IMG/VR virus record: IMGVR_UViG_3300008954_003554
Location: 1-64,000 of that record
DNA length: 64,000 nucleotides
DNA from: a virus
Direction: 5' to 3' (one strand)
Below are positions 47,486 through 58,077 of the stretch, piece by piece (position 1 is the stretch's first letter; every line of letters begins with the position of its first letter). The notes under the pieces are model-generated. The model made no database searches. It saw nothing but the letters and a program-made list of their open reading frames with translations, and was not told where the DNA came from. The position numbers and the translations under genes are program-made.

Positions 47486-47971
47486 ATGAGAGTTACTCGC
47501 AAGCAGTTAAGAAAAATAATCCGGGAAGAATCCTTCAGGGCACTTAGGGAGCAAACAGCACCTGAGCCCCCAGAGCCAGGAGAGGAAGATGAAGAAGATG
47601 AAGAGAGAGACTATGGAGACAGCCGAGCCGGACGACCAGACCCGAAAGCTGTCCCCTGGAGGAAAATTACTGAAGAGATGGCTGGACAGGGCGGTAAGCT
47701 CGTTGCCATGGACAAGGGTTCCGGTCTTGGACAGGTTTACTTTTTTGGTGTTGGAGATCACCCCCCGAAAGGGTGGCCAGTCAAAATGCTCATGCGAGTA
47801 AAGAATGAAAAAGGACAAAGTGCCAAGGAGCTTGGAATAGAGATACGAAGGGTCGGAAGTGCTGTAAGTGGAAATAAGAATGTGAAGCTCGGTCGAGCAA
47901 GCACAGACTTTGAGATGGTTTCAGATGCTGAGCTTATCTTTGTTGCTTACAATGCAAATGCAGACTTCTAA
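47486..47971 (+). CDS. MKIT-leader protein
   Basis: MRVTRKQLRKIIREESFRALRE-Q. Confidence 0.7.
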   Translation: MRVTRKQLRKIIREESFRALREQTAPEPPEPGEEDEEDEERDYGDSRAGRPDPKAVPWRKITEEMAGQGGKLVAMDKGSGLGQVYFFGVGDHPPKGWPVKMLMRVKNEKGQSAKELGIEIRRVGSAVSGNKNVKLGRASTDFEMVSDAELIFVAYNANADF

Positions 47972-47979
47972 GGTTAAAA

Positions 47980-48528
47980 ATGAAAATTACACGTAGACAG
48001 CTAAGAATGCTTATTGAAAAAGTTCTAAGAGAGCAGACCGCCTCTGTCTCACCTTCACAGGCCCAAATCGAAAAGAACCTTGAGAAGTTGGCGAAGGGCC
48101 CTCCCGTGCTCACCCATCTGGGGACGGATCCCGGAAAAGAGAGCGTTTTCGACAAAGTCTCAGATGATGAATTTCCCAAGCAGATGGCCGGGGTATTGGC
48201 ACTTGAAATGATAAAGTCTACCAGAAAGACAAAGAGAGCTGCACGGAAAGCAGGTGTTGATAGGGTGGCTGATTTCTATGATGGAATAGAGCTACTAAGG
48301 ACCGATGATTCTCGAGGGCAAGGGGTAACAGAGCTTGTGTACACTGTCGACTTAGGGGACCAGACTCTCAAGGACGCATGGGTAGATAGTTACAATAAGT
48401 TCAATTCAAGTGCCCTGGATAGAATAATGCGTAATCATGACAAGACAGGTCAATATTCTGTCGGAAGCTTTGGGAACGCTGATGGGACTGCTATCCAGAT
48501 CGGAATCATTGACAGCCAGACAAAGTAA
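47980..48528 (+). CDS. MKIT-leader protein
   Basis: MKITRRQLRMLIEKVLRE-Q. Confidence 0.7.
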   Translation: MKITRRQLRMLIEKVLREQTASVSPSQAQIEKNLEKLAKGPPVLTHLGTDPGKESVFDKVSDDEFPKQMAGVLALEMIKSTRKTKRAARKAGVDRVADFYDGIELLRTDDSRGQGVTELVYTVDLGDQTLKDAWVDSYNKFNSSALDRIMRNHDKTGQYSVGSFGNADGTAIQIGIIDSQTK

Positions 48529-48597
48529 GTCAATTTAACTCATAAGTTTTAATACCATTAGAATACATATAATAGTCATTGATCAGGAGACAGAGAG

Positions 48598-48867
48598 ATG
48601 AAAATCACAAGAAGCCGGCTAAGAAAGATTATACTTGAAACAGTAGTTAATGAAGGTGATTCAGGTGCCGGAAGAGGTAAGATTCTGAATGCCATAGAAG
48701 ATGTATATGGAGTCGATCAGCAAGAGGCCCAGCAGATATGGGCTACTGTACCGGAAGATAGGGCTGCGCAAGCAGTCCAGCTTGCATCGTCAGACTGGGT
48801 CACAGAAGAACTAGTTGAGTCCATCATCAGAGCTCTTCAGGAGCGCGGTCATCTTCGTAGAAGCTAG
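48598..48867 (+). CDS. MKIT-leader protein
   Basis: MKITRSRLRKIILETVVNE. Confidence 0.7.
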   Translation: MKITRSRLRKIILETVVNEGDSGAGRGKILNAIEDVYGVDQQEAQQIWATVPEDRAAQAVQLASSDWVTEELVESIIRALQERGHLRRS

Positions 48868-48989
48868 GACCAGGTCAATTTAAAAATTTCTTTAAGAAAT
48901 TTTGTAAACTTCCCTCAGATATAGTAGAATTTAATATTGGATCGGTCATCGGTCCAATTTTTTATGCTTATATACAAGGAGAAAAAAGC

Positions 48990-49229
48990 ATGTCATTTAC
49001 CAAGTCAAAGTCCACGAAGCGCTTCAGCTTCGATATTAGCCGCAACCTCACTGCAAAGAAGGCCGGTAGCAACACTGTTACCATTGCAACCAACCCGATC
49101 GCAGAGGGCCGATACAGTTATGGAGGTACCCAACTTACCATGACAGTGCGTGAGGCACAGGCACTTCGTAGCTTTCTCAATGAGAATCTTACCCCGGTAA
49201 GCTACGACAGCGGCGAAGGAATTGGCTAG
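48990..49229 (+). CDS. Small hypothetical protein, own promoter and terminator
   Basis: TTGTAA-N17-TAGAAT at 48902, AAGGAG SD. Confidence 0.6.
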   Translation: MSFTKSKSTKRFSFDISRNLTAKKAGSNTVTIATNPIAEGRYSYGGTQLTMTVREAQALRSFLNENLTPVSYDSGEGIG

Positions 49230-49248
49230 CATCAAGACTTAGTCATCT

Positions 49249-49279
49249 AAAAGGCCTGGCTAGACACCAGGCCTTTTTT
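49249..49279 (+). terminator. Rho-independent terminator
   Basis: AAGGCCTGG/CCAGGCCTT stem plus T run. Confidence 0.85.
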
Positions 49280-49340
49280 ATTTTTAAAATCAGCATCTAA
49301 GTGATAGTTATAAATGTGACTAACGCAAATAGGAGAAAAA

Positions 49341-49832
49341 ATGCGTAAACTTAAGATTAATGAGCTAAGACAGCTAATCAAAGAGGAGGCCGACACCGAC
49401 GAAGAGGGTGAGGAGGGCAGCGAGGCTGTTGATGAGCAACATCAACCCAGAGCTGGCAAGTTTAAGACACCAGCTGAGTACATCGCCAGCGGTCACGAGG
49501 ACACCTTTCTTGAAGTCACCGGACGCCTCATGGGATACAAGAAGCTCTGGGAAGGTACATGGGGCACCAAGGGAGTCGAAGAAATGGCTAAGCAGCAGGC
49601 GAGATTCTCCGGTGGCGAACTTAGCTACCATGAGCTGGATGTAGGTGGCCTGAGATTCTGGCTCACCATAGGAACGGTCCTATCAGATTACCACGACGGC
49701 AGCGTCGGCGCTAACGTCATCGAGGAGCTTGAGTCTGACGGGATCATCGACGGTAGTTTCAGGAGAGTGAGCAGCAACATGGGAATTAGCCTCGTAGCCC
49801 TAAACGGTTGGGCTAACAGGGAAGGGATCTAG
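49341..49832 (+). CDS. MKIT-like leader protein, QHQPR subtype; paralog of 51612
   Basis: INELRQLIKEE; EQHQPR..KT.AEYI.SGHE..F.EV. Confidence 0.65.
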   Translation: MRKLKINELRQLIKEEADTDEEGEEGSEAVDEQHQPRAGKFKTPAEYIASGHEDTFLEVTGRLMGYKKLWEGTWGTKGVEEMAKQQARFSGGELSYHELDVGGLRFWLTIGTVLSDYHDGSVGANVIEELESDGIIDGSFRRVSSNMGISLVALNGWANREGI

Positions 49833-49852
49833 GACCTTTAAGGCACCAATCA

Positions 49853-50176
49853 ATGAAGATCACGCGGGGACAGCTTAGGCACATACTCCAGGAGGAGATG
49901 ACACGGGCATTGCGTGAAGACGGTCACACCGATATCCCCTCAGCACAAAGGGCCATGATGACCTCGATGGAGGACGCGACAGACATTTTAAACGCGTTAG
50001 CCCATGCTGATGGCGGTCACCACCTGCCCTCCTGGTGGATGAAGAAGGTGCACTTAGCCGCGGATTACCTTAATGTGACTCGCGATTATCTCGTCACTAA
50101 GCCTCATACGGGACAACAAATTTCTGAAGAGGAGGGTTCCGGTGGATGCGACTGTGGTTGCGGTAACTGCGGCTAG
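49853..50176 (+). CDS. MKIT-leader protein
   Basis: MKITRGQLRHILQEEMTRALRE; LPSWWMKK; CDCGCGNCG tail. Confidence 0.65.
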   Translation: MKITRGQLRHILQEEMTRALREDGHTDIPSAQRAMMTSMEDATDILNALAHADGGHHLPSWWMKKVHLAADYLNVTRDYLVTKPHTGQQISEEEGSGGCDCGCGNCG

Positions 50177-50505
50177 ATCCGGCAGCGCAGGTAAGGTCAC
50201 CCTGCGTAAGCGGGACCTGATTGAATTAATTAAATGCGATGTTGTCGATCTCACCGAGGGTGCCTTCCGGGTCGTGCTTGACTCTGACGACGGCGGCACT
50301 CTCATTAACGTCATGCTCGAGGATCACGCCAACACGCATGAGATCATGAAAGAGCTGTATCTGGCCTATCCTGGTCAGCGCCTGGTAATCACCAAGGTCC
50401 CACTTGGGTGGTTAAAGGTGTTTATGCCATTAAATAGCCACAGAGACTGATTTTGAGCGTGTAGTTTCAATTCTCGATCATATTTATTACATGAGGGGTA
50501 TCGCC

Positions 50506-50856
50506 GTGAGAATCACATTGCAAGAGCTACGTCAAATAATCTCTGCGGAGATCAGTGGGCTAAGTGAGGATATGAGGACACCCGAATTCATGAGTATGAC
50601 GCAGGGTGCGAGACTCGGGGGATCGGAGGAATCCGAAGTGGAGCAAGAGGTCTCTCTTGCGACGCTCGGAGAAAGAGTTCTATTGGGTCTTTTTGGCATT
50701 AGGGGATCTCTTGAGACAGTATTATCTGAGATTGAGGATATGGCTAACCACCACGAATCACAGTCTCGGGGTCTAGAGATGCAATTTGCTGATAGTCATG
50801 CGGAACTAGCCATGGTTTTATCAAATCTTGAGCAAGCAATTGATAGGATGAAGTGA
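50506..50856 (+). CDS. MKIT-leader protein
   Basis: MRITLQELRQIISAEISGLSE. Confidence 0.6.
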   Translation: MRITLQELRQIISAEISGLSEDMRTPEFMSMTQGARLGGSEESEVEQEVSLATLGERVLLGLFGIRGSLETVLSEIEDMANHHESQSRGLEMQFADSHAELAMVLSNLEQAIDRMK

Positions 50857-51058
50857 GGGGAATGATATGGAAAGAATAAAAAAAATTTTTCGAAACCTGA
50901 ATTCAAAAATGGAGTGGCGAGGTATCACACCCAACGATATTATGATGTCAATTTTTTCTCTGGGAGTCCTGGCTGGTTTTATTTTTTGGATTGCGATAGG
51001 CTTTTTATCCCAGACATAATATTTAATCCTATATCACTAACACACGGGAGATGTAACA

Positions 51059-51586
51059 GTGAAAAACTTAACCAAAAAAGGTCTTCAAAAATTGATTCTT
51101 CAAGAGGCCAAGAAACTTAATAGTAAAAAAAGAGCCCTCAACGAATCGGTCTTGATTGATAATAGCAGGGGAAGTAGAAAAAATCTTAGAACAATGATTC
51201 TCAGAGAGGCCAAAAAGATGGGTATCGTTGATGCACCCAAAGAAAACTGGCCCAGGCCTGGTGACAAAGTATCAGATATTGCAAATAAGGCTGAGTTCTC
51301 TAAGATGAAGGTTGACAAGGAAGCAGCGAAGCTCGTTTCTCACAGCTGTGCCAATCACGTCCTGATGGAATCACCTGGTGATCAGAAGACTCACGGTATT
51401 TCAGAAAAACACTCCCTTGGAACCTGTGTCTGGCACTCACTCAACGAATCAGGTCACGTCTCCCATTACGATGTTCGATTTGGTGATAAGGTTGTCAAGA
51501 ACATCCCGGCTAGCAGACTAATCGTAATATCTGAAAGAAGCCATCAACATGAAACCCGTTCAAAAAGAAAGTCTAAGAAAAGCTAA
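51059..51586 (+). CDS. Protein with duplicated leader-like helix and His/Cys-rich C-terminal domain
   Basis: LQKLILQEAKK and LRTMILREAKK; CANHV...HSLNESG.VSHYDV. Confidence 0.6.
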   Translation: MKNLTKKGLQKLILQEAKKLNSKKRALNESVLIDNSRGSRKNLRTMILREAKKMGIVDAPKENWPRPGDKVSDIANKAEFSKMKVDKEAAKLVSHSCANHVLMESPGDQKTHGISEKHSLGTCVWHSLNESGHVSHYDVRFGDKVVKNIPASRLIVISERSHQHETRSKRKSKKS

Positions 51587-51611
51587 ATTTCAGAAAACTA
51601 TAGGAAAAAAA

Positions 51612-52043
51612 ATGAAAATTTCAATGAATCAACTTAAGAGCATCATCAGAGAGGAATCATCTCGAATGAGAGAGCAGCACCAACCCAGGTCAGGAGGAGG
51701 AAAAACCGCGGCTGAGTACATCTCCGGAGGACATGAGGGCGTATTTATGGAGGTAATGGGAGCTCTCGCTGCATGTGATAAAATATGGGATTGGGTCGAA
51801 GGGCAGGTAAGCAACTATGCAAGAATTAATCAGGGTCCAGTGTCTACTAGCAGCGGTACAGATTATCATGACATTTTAGTTGTTGGGGCAGTCTGCAGTG
51901 ATTACTTTGACGGTAGTTCAGGTGCAAAAACTTTTGAGGAGCTTGAAGCGGACAATAAGATTGACGGCTCCTGGAGAAAAGCAGCAGCTAGCGATGGGTT
52001 TAGCCTGATGTGGGCCAACGGAATTAAACAGAAGAATTGTTAA
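51612..52043 (+). CDS. MKIT-leader protein, QHQPR subtype; paralog of 49341
   Basis: MKISMNQLKSIIREESSRMRE-QHQPR. Confidence 0.65.
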   Translation: MKISMNQLKSIIREESSRMREQHQPRSGGGKTAAEYISGGHEGVFMEVMGALAACDKIWDWVEGQVSNYARINQGPVSTSSGTDYHDILVVGAVCSDYFDGSSGAKTFEELEADNKIDGSWRKAAASDGFSLMWANGIKQKNC

Positions 52044-52158
52044 ATAAATAGTTTGATTATTTTTTAAACTTTTCTTGTAAATCGTATCACATAGTGGTAT
52101 AATAAAAGAGTTCTAAATAAGTAGAGCTCTTTTTCTTTTAATAAAAAAGGATTTAAAT

Positions 52159-52692
52159 ATGCTTAATGCAAAATCAATCGTTCTCCTCTCCCTTCTTCCT
52201 CTCACCCTCGTTGCATGTGAAGGCGACTATGACGAAAGTATTTCTTTTCCAGAAGATGCCCTTTCTGATACGAGCTCTTTTGAAACAGATGACGATGTTG
52301 TTTTCGATACTTCTCCAAGCACCCCGGATCATCCGTTTGGTCGATCTCCGATCATGACAGAAGATTTTGATAAATTTGGGGTCTGTTATTCTGAGGCACA
52401 GAGTGATCAGGCAGATTTTTTCAATAGCGGTACACCCTGTATTGACGGGATGGTGGCGTTGATTAGTGGCCGAGGCTGTCCCGAGGTTGTCTATGAGGAT
52501 AACGAGGATGGCACACACAGTATTTACTGCACCACTGAGCCGACATGCGATGTGGTCCACAGTGATGGTTATCTTGCTATTCCAAATAGCCTTGACTGGA
52601 GTGATTTTGGAAATCGGAGCCAGATGATGTGTCAAGATAATAATGTTACTCTTGTTTATTTTTCAAACAAGTCTAGTGTTATTGATCAATAG
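52159..52692 (+). CDS. Acidic Cys-rich lipoprotein
   Basis: Lipobox LVAC; promoter TTGTAA-N17-TATAAT at 52075. Confidence 0.65.
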   Translation: MLNAKSIVLLSLLPLTLVACEGDYDESISFPEDALSDTSSFETDDDVVFDTSPSTPDHPFGRSPIMTEDFDKFGVCYSEAQSDQADFFNSGTPCIDGMVALISGRGCPEVVYEDNEDGTHSIYCTTEPTCDVVHSDGYLAIPNSLDWSDFGNRSQMMCQDNNVTLVYFSNKSSVIDQ

Positions 52693-52711
52693 ATCTTAAA
52701 AATTATTTTTT

Positions 52712-52736
52712 AAGCCCGCAATTTGCGGGCTTTTTT
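52712..52736 (+). terminator. Rho-independent terminator
   Basis: AAGCCCGCA/TGCGGGCTT stem plus T run. Confidence 0.85.
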
Positions 52737-52847
52737 ATTGCTCTGTATCAGCTCTGTTTGACACGAGAGTCCTGGCTTGATAATCTAATCATTATAGCAC
52801 CTAAGATGCAATAGAGTTCAAGCTAGATACTACAGATAGTTATTGGT

Positions 52848-53192
52848 ATGAGTTCTATACTCTTGCCAAACCAACCCTTTAAACTTGTTATCAGCATGGA
52901 GGGGGTCAACCCAACAGCAGATGGTTTTGCAACATTTTCATGGTTTGGGAAAAGAATGAAACTATATGAAAAAGTTGATCTTGATACCTACCCGTCTATG
53001 AAAGACTTTAAAGGGAATAGTTTTTATTTTGATATTGGGACGGTAGGGACCGTCGTTAGACTTGTAGGTCGACCAGACAAGATAAAAAAAGATCCAATCT
53101 GGTGCAAATTTGATCTATATGAAGTTCTAATTGGAGGAAAAATTATTCAGATGTTTAGACAAAACATGGAACCAATAAGTTATCATATATAG
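52848..53192 (+). CDS. Hypothetical protein with SH3-like C-terminal half
   Basis: GTVV...YEVLI; ATAGTTA 5 nt before the ATG. Confidence 0.5.
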   Translation: MSSILLPNQPFKLVISMEGVNPTADGFATFSWFGKRMKLYEKVDLDTYPSMKDFKGNSFYFDIGTVGTVVRLVGRPDKIKKDPIWCKFDLYEVLIGGKIIQMFRQNMEPISYHI

Positions 53193-53215
53193 TTATATAA
53201 GCTAAGAGGCACTTA

Positions 53216-54022
53216 ATGAAAATTACAGCGCGCGAAATTAGAAAAATGATCCTAGAAGAATCTCAAAAGCTAGAGAGAGAGAAAAGAGATCAAGACGATG
53301 AAATCCTAAGAGAAGCCTGGTTAGATCTTAGAGATCGAGGATACACAGATTCAGAAGTGATTGATGGTTTGCTTTCTAGTGCAGGCGTTATGATTGAGTC
53401 AAGATTTCTCAACGAAGAAGATGCTGCCGGAGAAAATGGAGGCGCGGGTTTCTTTTCCACTATTGCGACTGGGGCAGGAGATGTCCTTAAAGGTAAAATT
53501 TCACAGATTGTAATTGATACAATTCTATCTGCATTCCAGGTAGATCTTCGAACACCTTTTGGAAGAATGGTCAGAGCCTTAGCAATCAACGTCGGTGAAA
53601 ACTTTGAGTATGCGAGGTGGAGAGAATATTTCGGAGGGGAAAGTAGTTGTGGTCTTTGGGCAGAAACAATTTCACAAGCTGTTGGAGAAACTGTGATCTT
53701 AGAGCCGATAATGTCAGCAATTTTAGTGCAGCTCGGACTTCGAGGAGCGGGAGGGGCAGCAACGCCGACGCGACCTCCCGATATTGCTGCACCAGACGCA
53801 GGTATTGGGGGAGTGCTCGCGGGAACTTTAATTAGAACCATAGAAGAGGCAATAAACGAAGCCCTTGTGGGACCCGTTTCCGATGCAATTGCTGACAGGT
53901 TGTGTAGAATTAGAGTTAGGGATCTGGTTGGAGATACTTTTGGACTAGGCTCTATAGCCCGCAGACTAACTGGGTCTGACAGGCCTGAAGGATATTACTC
54001 AGCACTATCCGGTGCAACTTGA
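53216..54022 (+). CDS. MKIT-leader protein, Gly/Ala-rich amphipathic body
   Basis: MKITAREIRKMILEE; several LxE sites. Confidence 0.65.
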   Translation: MKITAREIRKMILEESQKLEREKRDQDDEILREAWLDLRDRGYTDSEVIDGLLSSAGVMIESRFLNEEDAAGENGGAGFFSTIATGAGDVLKGKISQIVIDTILSAFQVDLRTPFGRMVRALAINVGENFEYARWREYFGGESSCGLWAETISQAVGETVILEPIMSAILVQLGLRGAGGAATPTRPPDIAAPDAGIGGVLAGTLIRTIEEAINEALVGPVSDAIADRLCRIRVRDLVGDTFGLGSIARRLTGSDRPEGYYSALSGAT

Positions 54023-54023
54023 T

Positions 54024-54677
54024 ATGGTGGTAGACAAAGCTGCTCTAAGAGAAATCATAAGATCTGTAATTTTTGAAGATCTCGGTAAGCACAAAACTAG
54101 AATGTTCAAGGGTACGGGTGCATCTCATAGCTACAATACAAAGTCCGGACCTAGCATGCTTGGAGATCTAGATCCTTTTGACGTTGAGGACGAGACACCT
54201 GACAGTCCAGTTGAAAAAATAAAAACTAGTCGAGCCTTTAAAGAAGATATAAAAAACATGTTTGAAAATAAATCTGATCAGTTCAGATCTGTCTACGACT
54301 CTAAGATAAATTACAAAGTAAGGCCTGAAAAATATAGAACCACGCGAGATGCCCAAGGTGTTTATACTGTCATGCCATACAAGTCAGACTTTATTAATTA
54401 TTTTAGTTTTTCTTCTCCCGGCCAAGCAAGAAAATCTGCACAAAAAATATATGAAATTTTTACAGACTATAGGGATAGGAATGATTTTGTCGGAATGGAC
54501 ATGGCTAGAAAATATTTACAGCTAGGGTACAAGCTTTCAAAAAGATTTGAAAAATATCCCTCCGGAAAAAGGTCCCTAAGGAGCGAATCGGGAGATAGAG
54601 ATATGTCGCTATCTGCACTAGAATTTAAAAAAAAATTAGTTAAAGTAATGAAAGACAAAGAGTATAATCCTTTTTAG
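54024..54677 (+). CDS. Leader-tagged DUF4385-like protein
   Basis: ALREIIRSVIFE; QGV.TV.PYKS...SA.KIY..F..Y...DFVGMDMARK.LQ.G. Confidence 0.65.
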   Translation: MVVDKAALREIIRSVIFEDLGKHKTRMFKGTGASHSYNTKSGPSMLGDLDPFDVEDETPDSPVEKIKTSRAFKEDIKNMFENKSDQFRSVYDSKINYKVRPEKYRTTRDAQGVYTVMPYKSDFINYFSFSSPGQARKSAQKIYEIFTDYRDRNDFVGMDMARKYLQLGYKLSKRFEKYPSGKRSLRSESGDRDMSLSALEFKKKLVKVMKDKEYNPF

Positions 54678-54748
54678 ATTACTGTTTTGTATTTTTATCC
54701 ACGCCGCTATATTTAATAATATAGTTTCACCTGGAATGGGAGTGTATT

Positions 54749-56881
54749 TTGGAATTTACTGAAGACAAACTTCGAAAGCTTGTTAGAGAAGAGGCAGCCA
54801 AAAAGCTTGTCTCTGAGAAAAAAACTGAAGTAAAAAAGTTTTTAACTCTGCAGGAGCAGCGGAGTACAGCACAGGTTCGTAGTGATAATCAGCGGGGATA
54901 TCTTGGAGGCTCAGTTGTGGGGGCTTTTCAAGGACAGCTTGGAATAACAAGTCGCATCTTCACTCCGGATTTTAAGGTAGAGTTTGCAGCCAACTACATG
55001 GATGGAAGAAAGGGGAGGGCTACGCGTAGCACCAACGAAGATGAGATCGATAGTGCACTACGTGATTTTCAACTTGAAGTTGAAGAACACAAGCTAGGAC
55101 CCTACACACATCGTGCCTGGGAGATCTGGGTCGGAGATAACTACACATCCGAACAAAGAAACAAAGCAACTCAGGTGTACAATGATCCAAGGTGGGGTGC
55201 AGAGCTAGCAAAAATATTTGATGATAGTGATGAAACTGTGCCTATTCAGGCACCATCAGCTGGATCAGTAGCCCACACCTGGGAGGTTGCAGGAAGAGAG
55301 CTAGGCTGGACAATAGGAACCCGATCAAGACTTCAAGGATATTCGAGATCTACCACGTATCATGTTGAAAATGCAAGGGACTTTATGCAGGCAATCATAA
55401 GTAACAGCAATTTTGGTGGCTTCAATCCTAGATTAGTTGCCCTGGCCCTGGCAGAAACTGACGAGGCAGCAGAAAGGGCGCGTCGCCGAACCGATGAGGA
55501 GCCTGATGAAGCTGATCGATCTCGTCAGGTAGACATTAGCACGATCGAAGGATCAGACGTCGCTGCTGTTGTACCTCAACGGCAAAATGAGCCCCAGACA
55601 GACTATGGTGACCGACTTGATGCTTCGGCTGCCTATCTTAACGGTGCACCCCTCCAGTTCGGACTTTCAGACATTCCCCTTGAGGAAAATCCAGCAGAAA
55701 TTGAGCTGGGTGGTCTCTATGATTATGGCGGGCAGTGGCAAAGCAACGTTCCAACACAAGTTTATTTTCTTATCACCCCTGGTAACCTACCCGGCCCCAG
55801 GGGTCAGAAAAAAATGCACCCAATCATTACAAAAGGAGCACTAAATACCCTTTCCCAGCAGATGGCAGAGGGATTTTATCACGGTGCTTTTTCAGGGATA
55901 GGTGCCAACGTTGGAGCGGGATCAATAGAGTCGTGGATCCAACTAATCAAATGGCTATCAGGTACAGGTAACAGATGCGGCGGAGGAGTCTTTGACGGAA
56001 CAGGTGGAGGAAATCTATCAGGAAGGGTCGGATATAGGGATGGCGGAGGGGTTTATGATGCCCTAAGTTATCTTTTGGCCCAATTCAAATCAAATAGTTC
56101 AGCAACCATTGATAGCGATTTTGCCAACATGACCCTTGTCGATGCTGCACTTCAGTCAGAATACACAGATGACAGTGATGACTGGGGCGACGACGATGAT
56201 GTAAATAAAAGAAGGGATTATCTTGGACGATTAACAAGGGCTTTTGTTCAGAGACCCGGGGGTAGAAGGAGAGCAAATACTGATACAGTTCTACAAAACC
56301 CTTGGGTTGTAAGACTAGCTAAAGAAAGAACAGATGAAATAGCAAGAGAGATTAACCCCAGGATAGTAAGAGAGTCAGCATCTGAAACATTTTCCAGAAA
56401 GGAAATCTCATCATTATCTTCAATTATCACCGGGGCAATACAGGAGTCATTCGGCGTTGAAAACGTGTCTAGGAGAACCGGTCGATCACAAAGAAGGGCC
56501 CCGGTGAGACCAGTTGCTGAACCCCCTGCAGCGCCACCGACCCGAAGAGGAACGGTGTTTTCAATTGGAATGTCCAATGACCCGAATTCAATTATTAAAA
56601 TCCAAAGATTCTTCAATACCGCAAACACGGGTGTGTGGAGTGGCGACGATGACCGATCATTTCTTTCATATTTTGAACTTTACTACTCTGGTAGGCTTAA
56701 GCCTGGACTGAGTGGAGTACTGCAAACCGGGGGTTGGGATGCAATGGCTCAGTACCTTGCCGTAAATCAGATCGGAGGCGGATATAATAGTGGGCCTAGT
56801 GGCCTATTAAGCTTTATCACCACCCCGGGGTATTTCTCTAGTCAGCGAAGAAGAATACGAAATTTTGAAAGAGATGAGTGA
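54749..56881 (+). CDS. Large leader-tagged protein, probable virion protein
   Basis: MEFTEDKLRKLVREE...LVSE...LQE. Confidence 0.6.
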   Translation: MEFTEDKLRKLVREEAAKKLVSEKKTEVKKFLTLQEQRSTAQVRSDNQRGYLGGSVVGAFQGQLGITSRIFTPDFKVEFAANYMDGRKGRATRSTNEDEIDSALRDFQLEVEEHKLGPYTHRAWEIWVGDNYTSEQRNKATQVYNDPRWGAELAKIFDDSDETVPIQAPSAGSVAHTWEVAGRELGWTIGTRSRLQGYSRSTTYHVENARDFMQAIISNSNFGGFNPRLVALALAETDEAAERARRRTDEEPDEADRSRQVDISTIEGSDVAAVVPQRQNEPQTDYGDRLDASAAYLNGAPLQFGLSDIPLEENPAEIELGGLYDYGGQWQSNVPTQVYFLITPGNLPGPRGQKKMHPIITKGALNTLSQQMAEGFYHGAFSGIGANVGAGSIESWIQLIKWLSGTGNRCGGGVFDGTGGGNLSGRVGYRDGGGVYDALSYLLAQFKSNSSATIDSDFANMTLVDAALQSEYTDDSDDWGDDDDVNKRRDYLGRLTRAFVQRPGGRRRANTDTVLQNPWVVRLAKERTDEIAREINPRIVRESASETFSRKEISSLSSIITGAIQESFGVENVSRRTGRSQRRAPVRPVAEPPAAPPTRRGTVFSIGMSNDPNSIIKIQRFFNTANTGVWSGDDDRSFLSYFELYYSGRLKPGLSGVLQTGGWDAMAQYLAVNQIGGGYNSGPSGLLSFITTPGYFSSQRRRIRNFERDE

Positions 56882-56887
56882 TAGATC

Positions 56888-58069
56888 GTGAAATATTTAA
56901 AAAATATTATTCTGACAGAGAGGGATCTAAGAAGTATTATCTCTGATAATATACTTTCTGAAAAAAGATTTTATTCTTACGACGGGCCCAGGCGTGCAGG
57001 ATTTCAAACTTCTGGAGAAGCGGCGTGTAGTGTTGCAGGCGCAGTAGGTACCAGAATATCGAGTGACAAAGCTAGGATAAAGGCTGGTATCATACTCGGA
57101 GTCGGGGTCGATGACGATGACCCGATAGCCAAAGAAACCTTTGTATCTGATCCGATTAGAAAGAGTGAGTCAGCGGCTGCAATAGGGAGCGATTCAGAGG
57201 TAGACGCTGATAGGATGTGGAAGATGACTATTGGGTATGCTGACGGAGATGGGCCTCAGGCTAACAAACACATGCTAGCACTTTTCATCCTACCAAAACC
57301 CGATGAGATTACAATCAGGGCTGCAGAAACTGCGGAAGACGATGAGGGAGATGAGGTTGTGTTGACCCCGGCGGTAACTACTCCCGGAAGCACTTTAAGA
57401 TTTATTCTAAGGTACGCAAATAGTGACGGTTCTCCCATCACCGACGACAGCGGGCACATAGCAGTTGATCCACACACGGGGGCAGTGACTGACAACGATG
57501 ATAAGTGGTTTAAATCTGTTGTTCCAATAGCTTTTGAGTGGATGGCACGGTATGTTAATAATGTTGAACTGTGTGATGAAAGGACCCGGGCAAGCATTAG
57601 TCGCAGGTCTGGAAGAACTGGGGGGACTACGGGCGTTTATGCTGCAGGAGCCCTCGCGTTGTCATCGTGGTGGGACGGAGACAGGGATACAGGGCTGCCC
57701 GTAAGAGCAGCTTCAGATATTGAAGCCCCCGCCCGACGGGTTCTTGTTGTGTCCAGAATGACTAGCACTGTGAACGAAAAGCTCGAACAAAAAGCTTCAG
57801 GCCTGAGGCGCTGGAGGGTTGATGTAACAGAGAGTGGAACTCATGTCTATCTTATTCCAACGGGTACCTTCCAGAAAGACAACTCTTATGCAACATCAGC
57901 CCGTGAAGATTACAGCACCAACAAAGCAAGAGTTGGGAGTGCCGATGCGGCCATGCGTAAATTTGGATCCCACGGAAATTTTAAAACATTTTTACAAATT
58001 TTAACAAAAGTTTGTGAAGAGCTGGGGGAAAATGATCCAGGCTCGACTCTTATTGATATGTCAAGATAG
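56888..58069 (+). CDS. Leader-tagged hypothetical protein
   Basis: ILTERDLRSIISDNILSE. Confidence 0.55.
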   Translation: MKYLKNIILTERDLRSIISDNILSEKRFYSYDGPRRAGFQTSGEAACSVAGAVGTRISSDKARIKAGIILGVGVDDDDPIAKETFVSDPIRKSESAAAIGSDSEVDADRMWKMTIGYADGDGPQANKHMLALFILPKPDEITIRAAETAEDDEGDEVVLTPAVTTPGSTLRFILRYANSDGSPITDDSGHIAVDPHTGAVTDNDDKWFKSVVPIAFEWMARYVNNVELCDERTRASISRRSGRTGGTTGVYAAGALALSSWWDGDRDTGLPVRAASDIEAPARRVLVVSRMTSTVNEKLEQKASGLRRWRVDVTESGTHVYLIPTGTFQKDNSYATSAREDYSTNKARVGSADAAMRKFGSHGNFKTFLQILTKVCEELGENDPGSTLIDMSR

Positions 58070-58077
58070 AAATATCC

